This document shows positions 39,210 through 52,479 of a DNA stretch of 64,000 nucleotides, in pieces. Under the pieces are notes generated by a model. That model saw nothing but the letters and a program-made list of their open reading frames with translations. It did not search any database and was not told the DNA's origin. Numbering within the stretch: position 1 is the stretch's first letter; each line of letters starts with the position of its first letter. Origin of the DNA: Camelus dromedarius (lineage: Eukaryota). The translations under genes were made by a program, and so were the position numbers. The stretch covers positions 30,816,001 through 30,880,000 of the forward strand of contig NC_087437.1 in NCBI RefSeq assembly GCF_036321535.1. The letters run 5' to 3'.

Positions 39210-40680
39210 TGAAATCAGTGGATCATTTCAATCTTAAGATAAAAATCTTTTCCCAGTTCAGCAAAGTTTTCTTCAATTATTTTTTTAAAATTACATGTAA
39301 TAATTTATCAGTAGGTTTTTAAGGGTTTTTTTAATTGAGAAATTTTCTTGAAGGAAAGGTGCAGTTTTGGCTCAACTCAGATGTAGGTGCCAATGGAAGA
39401 TCTTTGGTGTATTGTAAATCATTGGAACTGCAATCTGCTGTTTTTGTCATCTAGCCCCTAAATCCTATAGGTTACCTTTAGAGTTAATATTAACTATAGT
39501 TATGTATTATATAGTTATATATTAATTTCTAACTATAGCTATTATTGTAGTTAATATTACTAACCCAGCGCAGCTCCTCCCTGATAGTGATATTGTCACT
39601 GTTGGTGATGTTTCCTAGAGCCTCAAAGACACTCCAGGGACATCAAGGATAAAAAGGAATGTAGACTACTGAGATATGCTATAGTCCAGTTATTTTCTGA
39701 GAAAGGTATTTAGATGCCATAATAAAATATATTGAAGTCCATTAAACCAACTAAATTCATACAGTAATTTGTGTCTCCTTAATACTCCTCAGGACTATTC
39801 TTGTGTATTCAGATGGCCTTCATGTACTTACTGTATCAACTGTGACCTGTGATTTGGACAGGTCATCCTGCCTTTCCAAGAATTAAAACAAACCTCTTAG
39901 TAACTCATGGTTTTTAAAAGCCCAGTTAACTTACCAGGAGTAGTCCAGGACACAGGCATCTATGCTGGCTAGAAGTTTCTAATCTAAAACATGCGATCAT
40001 ACTGACTATGACACAAAAAATAAGTTAAGAAATTCAAAAGCTAATATAAATTTGTCATCTAAAATCATCCGAAATAATACAATTGCCCTTGACAATTTTC
40101 AGGCCAGCCAAGAGAATGCACACAGTAGCTAATACATCTTACACTCATCAAACAAAAAGAGGAAATGATAAGCCACTTTTTAAAGGCTACTTAGTTAACT
40201 AAGGTTGATCAAACTGATCCTTGATTTATATTTTCCATGTTAGGTACTGGCTAACTAAAAAGTGAAATACAAAATGGTTTCCAGATGTCTCATGATATTT
40301 ATGATTGTCCTCACTATGTGGTTTTCCACAATCTGCCAGAGTTTAAATGTTACTATGTAGATATCCAAACTGACACTCAACTGATAATACTGCATCAAAA
40401 AGAGCCCAAGTCTCTCTTTGTCAGTACCTCTCATTTAGGAGCTGAATTTCGATCAAAAGCACATTGGGGTGAGGGATGTGTTAGGAAATTCTCATGTAGG
40501 ATATGGTGCAATCCTTTAACGTGTTTAAGGTAGCAATGTAATCTAATCCCAGATATTAAGCAGAGTAAGCCAGCTGGTCATACATAATGCATACTCCACA
40601 TTGATTATCTAAACCCTTGAGGTTTTTTTAGAGGTTCCACACCTAACCCTAAAAACTGAAATTATTCCCCCTTAACCTGA

Positions 40681-41100
40681 TGTGGCACTTTTAAAACATA
40701 GCTTCCAAATTCTTTATCACTTCCCTCTTTGAAAGATAGAATCTATGTCCCTTTCCTTGAATCTAGGCTCTGTGACCAACAGAATACAGCTTAGGTGATG
40801 CTGGAATAATTTCCAGGCTCTAGTCTTATGAAACCCATAGTATTCACATCCTACCTCTTGAGATAGTCACTCTTGGAACTGAGTTTCATGCACTAAAGGA
40901 AGGACCACATGGAAGGGAACTAAGTAGGGCCTGTGGCTCTCAGTGCTGGCTGACTTCCCCTTTAACAGCACCAACTCGCCAGCCCTGTGTGTGAGCGATC
41001 TTGGAAGTGAATCTTCCAGCCCCAAGTTGAGCTACCCTTGCTGAAATCACGTGGAGCAGAGGCACGTGTTCATGGGTAAGTCATGGCCAAATTGCTATTT
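40681..41100 (+). mobile_element. MaLR LTR (MLT1 family)
   Basis: TCCTTGAATCTAGG...TGACCAACAGAATAC...ATCTTGGAAGTGAATCTTCCAGCCCCA motifs. Confidence 0.7.
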
Positions 41101-41988
41101 CCTCCCAAGAAGGCCTCATGGTAATCTTGTGGGACAGACTGAGACACTGCTCTACAAATCTGGGAGCACTACCCCACCAGGCTCGGTGTATCTCAGCAAA
41201 TGTGAAACAACTGTCACTATGCTATGAAAACAAGACTGCTACATCATAGGACTCTCAGCCAGTACTGTTGTGAGCAGCTGCTCTTTCTGCATACTCTGTG
41301 CTCACTTCTGCTAATATCATTCTCCCTTTTCTTTGGAAAACTGACTTCCTTGATTGAAGTGTTCTGGTAAAGCTAGTGAAACCTCCAAACACAAAACTCT
41401 CCTGATGGTAGCCATGATCCTGCTTTGCCTTCAGTTGCCCCATCCCCATCCTCCATTGCCTACATCCGAATGACTGTAAGAGTGAACACAGGGTCTGCAC
41501 TAGGCTTATAGGAGTCCATTGCATGGATTTGCTAAAATTTACCAACCAGTCTCATGATACTGATGACCATTTAGGTTTTTTTTTGTTTGATGGTCTTTTC
41601 CTAATACCCCACAAATGTATATATAATATATAAAATATATATTATTATATATAAATATAAATAAAATACACATATATTTATTTTAAAAGTGAAATTTCTG
41701 GATAAGAAGATATTTAAAGTGTAACATATTGCCAAATAACTTTCCAAAAAGTTTCATACCAATGCATACTGTTTAACTATGATTAATTGCATCTGCTTGC
41801 CCCTCATCAACCCTCTGTATTTCAAACTTGTCAATCTACACCAATATGAAAGTACAAAAATGTGATATTATTTTAATTGTATTCTATTAATGATCAAAGC
41901 TTATGTTCATGTTCATGATATAAAAATTAAAAAAAATTATTTCTCTTTTTCTATGACTTGAGGCTGAAGGTCTCAAAAACAACGTATG

Positions 41989-42140
41989 GGAGGGGAGGGT
42001 AGAGTGGTAGAGCGCATGCTTAGCATGCGGGAGGTTCTGGGTTCAATCCCCACTACCTGTTAAAAACAAAAAAACAGAAAAAAAATGAAAACTAATTACC
42101 TCCCCCACAAAAAAAAAAAAAAAAAAACCCAAACAACAAC
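41989..42140 (+). mobile_element. Vic-1-like SINE
   Basis: GTGGTAGAGCGCATGCTTAGCATGC...GGGTTCAATCCCCA, long poly(A), TSD AAACAA(C/G)GTATG. Confidence 0.87.
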
Positions 42141-42197
42141 AAACAAGGTATGAATTACACCAGAGAAAGTTACTTATATTATATTGTTGTTATTTAC

Positions 42198-42647
42198 TAT
42201 GGACAAAAAAAAACTGTCACTTGCCATCTGACTCTACAAGAATGAAATCACTAGCCACTGTAGTTGCTGACTTTTAACACGCCCTCAAAGTTCAGGGTGG
42301 AGATCAGGGATGAGGCACTCCATGCTCTGGGAAAACTGGCAGAACAGGCCTTGTCATAGATATTTTCAGGACAAAATTTTCTGAACCCAATTTCTTGCCT
42401 AGAAAAGCACTAGAATCATTACTGGAGACATCTGCTCTTCGAGACTAGCAGCAGCCTTCTACTGGGATGTGTGCTTGATTGCATGTGCCCCCTTTGCTGA
42501 AATCACATGTATACTGATTTCACCCCCCCCCTTCAGAGAAATTCCTCAGAGCTCTTTGAGAGGCTGTCTCCTGGGCTATAGTGCTCAGTAAGTTCCCCAA
42601 TACAACTGAACTCACAGCTCTCACATTGTGTTTGTTTTCAGTTGACA
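42198..42647 (+). mobile_element. ERV1-type LTR related to 8368-8835
   Basis: Shares 3' features with 8368-8835 (TCCTCAGAG...AGGCTGTC, terminal TTTCAGTTGACA). Confidence 0.7.
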
Positions 42648-43917
42648 CTATCAATTTTTGTTCCTTTACTGGTATCCTGTTTTTCCATTTGAAAACTTGT
42701 GGAATTTTCCTTTATTTTTTGAGTTCAGAATTTTCACCAGAATGTATGAAAGTATGTGCATGTATGTTTCTCTATTAATCTGATTCAACATTTATTAGGC
42801 TTTTTTGAACAAAATTCCAAATCTTTCTTGAGTTTAGGGAAATTTTCTTTTATAATGTATTTGATTTTTCATTTCTTTCTTTTCTCTTCATTAACTCCTC
42901 CTGGAAATCCTAGTAAATTTTAGTTTGTTTACTTACTAGATGTATTGCTTTAGTCTTCTCTCACAACTTTTGCTTTTCTTTTTGCTTTGTGTTATTAGAG
43001 ACTTCCAAACTAGGTCTGTCAAAAACAAATTGGGATTATGTAGCTAAAATTTGTGCATTTTGCCAGGGCTTAGGGAGAGGGAGGAATGAATAAGGGGAAC
43101 ACAGGTGATGTTTAAGGAAGTGAAAGTACTCTGTATGATACTGTAATGGTAGTTACCTGTTGTTATATATTTGTTCAGACCTGTAGAATGTATGACACCA
43201 ATGTAAACTATGAGCATTGGGTGATAATGATGTGTCAATGCAAGTTCATCAGTTATCACAAATGTACCACTTTGTGGGGGATGCTGATTATGGGGGGAGG
43301 CTATATCTGGGGGCAAGGGGCACATAGGAATTTGCTATACCTTTGGCTCAATTTTGCTGTAAAAAATGTTATTTAAAAAAAATCTATGCATTTCAAAATA
43401 ATGTAAATTTATCTCAGAAAAAGGACTGTAAAAGAAAAAACTATTTGCACAGGGGTTGGAGGTGATGAAGGTTTGATGAATTAAGAATGGCAGATTATCA
43501 ATGACTATTGAAGCTTGGTGATACTGGAATTCATTATACCATTCTGTTTATTTTGTACATGTTCCAAATTCTCTGTAATGAAAAGAAGAAAATCAAAACA
43601 AACAAACAAAAAATAAATTGGTTAACAGCAATTAGTGGTTCTGCTATTCAGTCTGTTTTAGAAAACAAAAACAAAACATAAGCAGGCAGAGAGAGAGAGG
43701 GAGAAAGAATTTATTGAAAGGATATTGATGGCCTCCCAGAATCAGTGGAAGGCTGAGACCTGGCTTAGCAACAACACAGAAACCAATGCAGCCTGAGACT
43801 TGACAGCAGGAGTCATAGCTATAGCTATGGATTTATAGGAAATTTTTCAAAAAAATGCTCCACTGCCAAGCCTTTGATCTCTGAGCTTCTTTTCCTGGGC
43901 TCTATTACAAAGATTAA

Positions 43918-43936
43918 TACTGCCATCTAGTGGCTG
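43918..43936 (-). promoter_or_regulatory. Candidate CTCF binding site
   Basis: Minus strand CAGCCACTAGATGGCAGTA fits the CTCF core CCAC(C/T)AG(A/G)(G/T)GGC(A/G). Confidence 0.65.
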
Positions 43937-44049
43937 CTTTCTAAACTTACGTGTGGTTGCAGATTTCTTGACTGGTTTTCCAGTTCACTATCATTTGAGT
44001 GATATCATCTATATATTCCTCTGAATTTTTTAATTGCTTTCTTGGGGGG

Positions 44050-44700
44050 TAGGTTTATTGAGGTATTATTTTCATATAGTAAAATTTTAGTGTAGAGTTC
44101 TATGAGTTTTGAGAAATATCAACCATTTTGACAAATTGTTGTGTAACCACCACCACAGTCAAAGATATGGAATAGTTTCATCACTCCAAAAAATTCTCTT
44201 GGGCTTATTTGAAGTCAGCCTCTCCACTCAGTCTCCAGCCCCTGGAAGCCACTGACACAGTTTCTTTCCCTATAGTTTTGTCTTTTCCAAAATGTCATAT
44301 AAATGGAATCATACAATATGTAGTTTTTGAGTCTGGCTTCTTTCAGTCTGCATAATGCATTGAGATTCATCCATATTGTCGCCTGTATTGATAGTACCCC
44401 ACCCCTCCACCGTGAACCCCTCCTTTTTTTTGGCTGCATAGCATTTCCTTGTATGGATGTACCGGCATGTTTTAATCCATTGAAGAGTTCAGGAACATTT
44501 GGATTATTTCTAGTTTTTGGTGATTCTGAATAAAGTCACTGTAAACACTTGCCTGCAGGTTTTTGTGTAAACGTAGGTTTCATTTCTCTTGGGCAATTAT
44601 AAGATAGGATTGCTCAGTTGTATGATATGTGTATATTTAACTCTATAAGAAGCTGCCAAGATGTTTTCTAAACTGTTATGCCATTTTGCACTCCTGCCAG
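44050..44700 (-). mobile_element. Old L1M 3' portion
   Basis: CATATAAATGGAATCATACAATATGTAG...GAGATTCATCCATATTGT motifs. Confidence 0.8.
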
Positions 44701-45899
44701 AAACACTTTTCTCTGCTTATGACCTCCTACCTGTCTTTCCAATATTGCCATCTTTTACTTTTAAATTTTTTCTTCTCTCATTTTATGAGATTTCAGAAAG
44801 CTGGGGAAATGACACCAAAATATTTGAAATAGCATATCATGTTAATTAACTATTTGTACTGCCTAATTTGTGAATTTTGTCTACCCCTTTCTGATTTGGG
44901 CCTTGGTAATTTTTGTTTTTATTTATTATAAGATGTTCCATATATTTTAGAGATTAACATATCTGTTCTTTTGCTGTTAAAATTTCCCCATCTCTTGTCA
45001 TGTTCTAAGGTACACAGTTTTAAAAATTAGAACAGAGTACAGAATGCTTTACTAAACTATTGGGTACCCACAATGTGGTAGGCACTGGAATATATTCTGA
45101 AAATAACTAATATTTCATATAGTGTTTTATCGTTTACAAAGTGTTTTCATATATATTTCTAGTTCTGTGTAAAAAAAGTTGAAAGACAAGAAACACAACC
45201 ATCCACAACCAAAGAATCATTTTACATATATATTGTGGCCAGTTAAAGAGCAGAGAGAAATGTAGTAAGAATAAGCAATAGAAGGACAGTCAAATATGTG
45301 TGGAATTGACTAAGGGATGGAGACAGTTGGAGAAAGAGGTAACAAATGTGTGAGTGGGAGGCTGGGAAGTGGCCATTCAATGAGTATTGGGTAAACATTC
45401 CCTTGGGAATCTTTACAATATACTTCCACATTTTTAAATAATCTTTTGAAATGCTGATTACCTATCTTTTCCAACAGGTTGTTCCTAGAGAAGGAATTTT
45501 ACTCTGGGCAACTAACACTACCACTAGGGAAAGAAATCTTGGGTAAAATGGGAGTAGGTTTGGAAAGGTAGACTGTGAAGTTTCTCCTTTCGGTAAAAAT
45601 ATCTAGTCTTGTAACACTGCTTAGGGAAAGTTGGGCCATGTTGTTTTTTTTTAGCCACCTCACATTTGTGGCATCTTGGTTGAGGCTCTGAATGTAGAGC
45701 TCATTACTAAGAAGATGTTGAAATTGAAAAACATCAAGCTAGTGGTTTCAAATTGACCCATAATCTGTGTGAAATTGAGTCCCCCTAAAACTAATTTTCC
45801 CTGCCCAATTTATGATTAACTTTACCAAAAACTTGATTCCCTTTCTTGTCCTGCCCCTGTTCCCCTCAGGATTGAGAAATATCAAAGAAGAGAGGGGAC

Positions 45900-46504
45900 T
45901 GAAACTGAGCAGGACTCCACGGGGCCCTCCCAGGCACAAAACATCCTTGAGTCCCCAGGCTTTTTTCTTCTGTAGCAAGAGGCTTTGGTCTCCTAGGTCT
46001 TTCCAAGTTCTGAAGAGCAGACTCTAGCAGTTACTATCTAAGGAAGTGAAGGTAACAAAAACAGTCAAGAAACAACAGTTCGTTCAGTTATAGAACAAGT
46101 TCCTCCTCAAGGGATACGCATAAAATCTGACACGTATCTTTGAGTTGATCTGCAGGAACTAAACCCCCTCCACCAGGTGGAGGGTGGTGCTTATGCTGAG
46201 CACTAGACCTCAGACTGGTTGGAACCAGAAGGTTGATGACTGAGATTCCTGAAACATGACCCTGTTACCTCACCACCAACTAGTCAGAAGAAAGTCACAT
46301 ACCCTGCAGCCTTCTGCCCAAATATTGCCTTTAAAAACCCCTTCCCTAAAAGCCATAGGGAAGTTCAGGTCTTTTGAGTGTAAGCTGCCCATTTTCCTCA
46401 TTTTGCATCTGCAATAAATACTACTTTCCTTCACTTCAACCTGGTGTCAGTAAATTGCCTTTGCTGTGCTGTGGGCAATTAGACCCAAGAGCAGTTTGCC
46501 AACA
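45900..46504 (+). mobile_element. ERV1-type LTR preceded by a polypurine tract
   Basis: TGAAACTGAGCAGG...GCCAACA. Shares ACAGTCAAGAAACAA, GTTCCTCCTCAAGG, CTGCAGGAACTAA, CCCTGTTACCTCACCACC and CTGCAATAAA with 2257-2814. Confidence 0.82.
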
Positions 46505-46829
46505 TTTACATGTATAAATATTATGGTGCTGACTGCCAGAATATTAAATTCACGGACATTATGCAAAAAGTGATTTGGATATATGAAAACAGCTTAAAGT
46601 CCTAAGTTAAAAAATTCCTTGAAAAGTGTTATCATTACTTATACAAGAACAGAAAGCAAACTACATTAAAAACCTAAAGAGCTTCATTTTCCTCACCCTC
46701 ACTGTAAGCTATTTTATGAATTACCATGTTTCAGTCTTATATTTTCAGTTTTTAATTTATGAACACTCCAAAACCAGCAGCATTTTTCAGTCGCCAAGAT
46801 ATGAAAGCAAACTAAATGCCCTTGGACAG

Positions 46830-47222
46830 TTAAATGGATAAACAATACATATATATTTCATATATAACAGAATTTTTTTTTAGTCTTAAAAAGGAAGGAA
46901 ATCCTTTCATATGCTACAACATGGATGAAACTTGAGGACATTATGCTAAGTGAAGTAAGCCAGTCACAAAAAGACAGATATTGTATGATTTCACTTCTAT
47001 GAGGTATCTAAAGTAGTCACATTCATAGAAACAGAATCAGAGGCTGAGAGGAGGAGCAAATGAGATGCTGTTGTTCATGGGTATAGAGTTTCAGTTTTCT
47101 AGAATGAAAAAGTTACGGAGGTCTGTTGCATAACAATGTGAATATACTTAGCACTACTGAACTGTACACTTAAAAATGGTTACGATGGTAAATTTCACAT
47201 TATGTATTTTTTTTAACCACAG
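46830..47222 (+). mobile_element. L1MA/MB-type 3' end
   Basis: ACAACATGGATGAAACTTGAGGACATTATGCTAAGTGAA...TACTGAACTGTACACTTAAAAATGGTTA. Confidence 0.85.
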
Positions 47223-48245
47223 TTAAATCTGTTATATAAATACCCAGTGAATCAGTGCCATGAATTTTGTTAAGGATAGCCAATTCAAAAATCCATCAAA
47301 ATCATAGCACTGCAAACAGATGAAAGAAACAGTAGTAACAGGGACATTGCTCTCCTTTAAAATGTGCCTAGTGATACCTATGGCTTTAAAGATTGCTTGG
47401 CAATGTATATTTTGAATGTTTAATAAACAGTAAAAGGCTAGTTTGAATCTCAGGTCTGTAGTTTTCTGGCTGTATAGCCTTCCACTAATTAATGTCTGAC
47501 TCTCACTTTTCTCAATCATAAAGGGGAAACAAGAAGATAATAATAGTACCCACCCCATAGGACTACTGTGAGGATTAAATGGACTGATGTACGTAAGGAG
47601 TTTAGAACAGTGCCTTGGCGCGGGAAGTGCTGCTGCTACTGTTACTATTACTGTTAAGGGCTTTCTTCATCACCGGTTTTAGAAACTTTTCAAAGGCAAG
47701 ACAGCAAAAGTTGTTTTCCTGCTTTTCCTAGAGATGAAGAAGGCAAAGGCTGAATCAGTCCTCACCAGGAGGATGTCAGTTTGGCTTTAAGAGAAAGTAA
47801 CCAAAATCTGAGAGAACGGTTGGGACAAAGGGCATAGCAGGGGTAATCAATAAGAATATAATTATGATAATAACATTCAATGATCTGCTTTAATAAAATG
47901 TGACGTAAATATGATTTTATCATATTTAGGTGGTGAATTTATTACACAATTATCTGCTGCTTTATGAAAGGATTAACTGTAAGATTTTTAAACAATAGGC
48001 TTTTATGGTGCATTTTTATTATTATTTATTATTTCAAACTTATTGCAAAGTTGGAATAATATAACAACCCCCCCCCATAAAAACTTCATTTAGACAGAAC
48101 ATTCAAAGTTTGCCAACTGACCCAATGGTAGCCTTTATAGCAAAAGGTTTCAATCTAGGTGTGTGTATTTCACTCAGCTGTCATGTCTCTTTATTCTCCT
48201 TCAATCTGGAACAGTTCCTCAGTCCTCCCTTAACCTTCACTTCAC

Positions 48246-48850
48246 TGTAGCTAGTTGTATTTTCCAAGCATTGCACCACATTTGCAGTTCCACGTGCTCT
48301 TCCAGAACCCTCTCCTTGAATCTGGACAGGACTTGCAACTCATTCCATGATGAGAATGCAGAGAAAAAACACTGTGTGACTTCCAAGGCTAGGCAGAAAA
48401 GGCCACACAGCTTTTACCTGGCTCTCACTAGTTCTCTCTGTGTCGGTCTCTCATACACACACTCACACTCTCTGGGAATCCTGAGCTGACACTTAGGAAA
48501 TCCAATCACTGTGAAGCTGTGGTAATGGAGAGACCACACAGAGGTAGAGGTAGAGATGCCAGGTGGGCTGTGGCTGTTCCAGCTCTCAGCTGTTTGGATC
48601 CTCCCATTTAGGTGTTAGAGATGTGTATATGCTTGTGTGATGTGTGAAAGCCTTCTCGTGATTCTGGTTCCCAGCCTTTGAGCCCCTGTGTGAGGTCTCG
48701 TGGAGCTGCACTCTGGGCTGCACTAGCTGACGCATTAGGGCAGGGAAGAGCTGCTCCTACTGAACCTTGTCCAAATTGCAGCAAAATCAATAATGCTTTA
48801 AGCCACTAGATTTTAGGGTGTTTGTTGCAAAGCAATAGATAACAGGTCTG
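48246..48850 (+). mobile_element. MaLR LTR (MLT1 family) inserted in an old L1
   Basis: CTCCTTGAATCTGG...GTGACTTCCAAGGCTAGG...TTTAAGCCACTAGATTTTAGGGTGTTTGTTGCAAAGCAATAGATAAC. Confidence 0.75.
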
Positions 48851-50494
48851 TAACTGTTCCAGTTATTCTTTGGAATGTGCTTCCATTTGGCTTTGCCTGG
48901 TGTTTATTCACCCTTAGGTAATTCATTTTAGGCAAGCACTGCTGAAGTAATACCATCCTCGGCTTACTGCATCCACCAGGTAACACATTTTTTTTTTCCA
49001 TTATTGTTGATGCTAACTTCCATCACTTGAGTTAGGAGGTGTCCTCAGGTTTCTCCACTGTAAAGTTACTCTTTTTCCTTGTATAATTAATAATTATTTT
49101 GTAGAGACATATTTTGAGACAATGTAAATAAATCCTGTTCTTGATCCTACTTTCACCCATGAATTTTACCATCCACTGATGTTTCTTGTCTGAATTTATT
49201 ATTTCTATGATGGTTGCCTAATGATAATTTTCTAACTCAAATATTCCTTTGAACTTTATTAGTTAACATTCTATCATAATAAGGAAGGGTTTTATTTCCA
49301 TTTACTCATTTATTTATATCATAATAGACTGATGGAGCCCTAACCTAATCAGAGGATAGAATCTTTACCATCACTGTTTTGATATATTGTCCTAGATTTG
49401 GCCAGTAAAATCCTTTCATACTGATTTCTGTGTCCCTTTGAAATGTCCCCATCATTCTCTGAGCACTTCCTTACTTCTTGGCACGAAAAGATGTTCCTGG
49501 TCACCTTGTCCCTGCCTCAGTCCTGAAATCAGTCATTTCTTCAAGAAGTTCTGGTTCCTATCACTTATTTAGAAACCAGTATCTGGGTCCTTATTTGCTT
49601 GTTGGAATGATACTTTTACAAGAGCTTTTCTGTAGACAGAGACAAGTGAACAGGTAAACACTGTAGAGGGTGGTGAGTACTAATGAAGGGGAAAGGGTTA
49701 TGGGCGCACAAAAGAGGAAGAGGCAGCTAACCCAAGACTGCAGAGTTGTGGGGAGGGGAACAGAATCATTCTAGGCAAAAGACATGTGCAAAATGCCCAA
49801 GTCAAGAGAGAACATACCATATTGAAGGAATGAAAGCAGTTTAATATGGCTTGAGAGTAGAGTGAGGTGGGGCAGTGGTAAGAGAAGGCTACAAGGTAAA
49901 TATATAAAATGGGCTGGCCAAATCTCCAAGTACCAAGTGAGCAATGTTAGAAGTTTGGAGTTTATCCTGAGAGGAAAGGGGAGCCATTGAGAAGATTCTT
50001 AGCAAAGGATATATGATCAAATTTATAACAGCTGTCTTCATTTTTTTTTTAACTCACATACCATCCTAAAAGGATTTTGAAAAACTATGTACTTCCTTCT
50101 ATGTTTTAAGTTAACAGCTAATATTTTTCATAAGTTTAAAAGTTAATTTTTTTGTTAGTGGGAGATTTAAAATATTAAATGTTTTGAAAGATGAACTAAG
50201 ATGACCATGGATTATATCAGAAATAAATATTTCATGACATACTACTCACCAAATCTGAAAAGTCATGTAAATTTGCTCTCTGTGATTTTATGAAATATTT
50301 CTTTTAAAATGTAATGGTCCCAGAAACCACACAATTACATTTATAAGAATCAGCACCACAAGTCTATGTTGCCTAAGTTGTTCTGAAGTCAGGGCAATCT
50401 TCACCCTTAATCTTTATAAGCATATAAAACTATTATAGGACACGTAACAGAAGGACGACCTTATAGGTTTAGGATGCCTCAAGTAATCATTAAA

Positions 50495-51170
50495 AGACTT
50501 CCACTTCTGTCAAAAATGGAGTAACAGGAACTGGATGTACCCTCTTGCTTGCAATAAGAACAAAAAACTCAAGACAAAATATGTGCAACAATGGTTTCAA
50601 GATACTGGATATCAAGCAAAAGAGGACAGTGATCCATGAGAGACAGGAAACAAGAGATGAACCCTTCAATTGTCCCAGTTTATTGCCTTGAGATTCTTCA
50701 GATTAAAGAAATAAACCTAACCATATCAATAATCACATTAAATGTAAATGGTCCAAACACTCCAATTAAAAGACAGAAATTGGCAGATAGGATAAAAAGT
50801 AAAACCCAATTATGTGCTGTTTACAAGAAACACTATAAACATAAAGACACAAACAGGATAAAGGGTTGCAAAAGATATATTACTTCAAGAATGAGTCAGA
50901 AAAAGCAGGCATGCTATTATAATATTGGACAAAGTAAATGTCAGAGTGAAGAATATTACTGGGAATCTAAAAAATATAATTTCATAACTATAAAGGGATT
51001 AATAATGATTCTAAATATTTATGACCCTAAAAACAGAGCTTCAAAATACACAAAGCAAAAACTGACAGAACTATAAGGAGAAATTGATAAAATCACAATT
51101 ATGGTTGGAGATTTTAGCTCCTCTCTTTCAATAATTGATAGAACAAATGAACAGAAAATTAGCAAGAATA
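50495..51170 (+). mobile_element. L1 remnant with the start of the ORF2 endonuclease domain
   Basis: ISIITLNVNGPNTPIKRQKLADRIK...ILNIYDPKNRASKYTKQKLTEL*GEIDKITIMVGDF matches the L1 ORF2 APE domain; it is disrupted by a stop and indels. Confidence 0.88.
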
Positions 51171-52479
51171 GTCTTGAACAAAGTTGTGTTTTGGAGTTGA
51201 GTTTGGGACCCACTATGACATTGAACGTCTAACTGGGTATGTACGCTGTAATATGGATCCAGAGCTCAGACCAGAGAGCTGTCATGACATAGAACCTATT
51301 AAGGTGTTTTTAAACAAGTCTATATTTTAAAATAAGTGCCCCAGGGAAACAAAGGTGAAAAGTAAGATAAGAAGAGGTCTAGTAATGGAAATACTGAAGA
51401 AAACCAATACCAAAGTTTCCTCTTGTAGGACAGACATAGGCAGAGGGACAAGAAAAGGTGGCGGAAAATAATCATGGAGGTGAAAAGACACCCCTGTGGG
51501 GCCCTGTAAGGGGAATCCAGTTTCAAGAAAGAGGAAGGGGTGAATAGAGTCAAAGGAAGAAGCCTTAGAAGGATGCCAGTAAATGCTGACATTCTTAGCC
51601 ATAAACACAAGTGACCACTAGAATACATTTAAACTGGGCATCATCTAACACAGACAGAATTTAGCCAATCCTTATTGCCGTCACATCACATTCCATTCCA
51701 TTGCAGGTGAACCAATTCTATTGGTTACTACATGGTTCTCTCAATTGTTCATCCAGACCTACCAAGAAAGCACAGTCTCCATGGCTTTAGAAGATTCAAG
51801 TGTCCATTTTTCACTTCAGAGAAAGGTAAGTGAGATACTTCATTTGAGTCTGAGGCCCATGAGGGCCTTGGGCCTTTTGTTCCTGTAAATAGTTTACTAA
51901 CAACTTCTATTCTTTCCCAGATCGGGTGCCCCTCACCTCCTATATAGAGAGGCAGAAGCACATAATGTCACTGAGCCTCAATTCCCTCATTAGTAAAAAG
52001 TGGGTAAGACCATCAATCCTACTACACCACTTCCATGAGATTAGTTAGAATAAAGTGGGTTTTTGGCAGTTAGGGTTGTCTCTCTAGCTCCTTAATACCA
52101 GGACTAGAGCCTGAAACATAGCAAGAACTCAGCAAATGTTGGCTGTATTATAACAACTGAGTATTTGTTAAAAGCCTTTGTAAATGGAAGGCCATTTCAG
52201 GTGTTATTATTTATTTCCCAACAGTGATTTAGACCCCCCAGGTGACCAAATTCAAGGTACTGAAAGACTTTGCATTGACGGGTGCCAAGGAGTAGCTGGA
52301 AAAACTGCAGCTCCTTCCCCACAAACAATCCAAATAAAAACATAGCTGTGCAAACAGAGCTGCAGTCCTCCGGTCTAGTTTTCCACCAGACTGCCGCTCC
52401 CTAACCCTTCCTCGTGGAAATTCTGCATCCGCTGTAGAACTTTTGAGGGGCCTAAGTGATCAGATACCACTTTTAAGTC

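Noticed and set aside
22292..42060. tRNA-like sequences as real tRNA genes
   Set aside because: They have A-rich tails, TSDs and degenerate stems, so they are SINE heads or retrocopies.
50636..51076. 146-aa ORF as a functional endonuclease
   Set aside because: It is a decayed L1 ORF2 fragment with out-of-frame segments and a premature stop.
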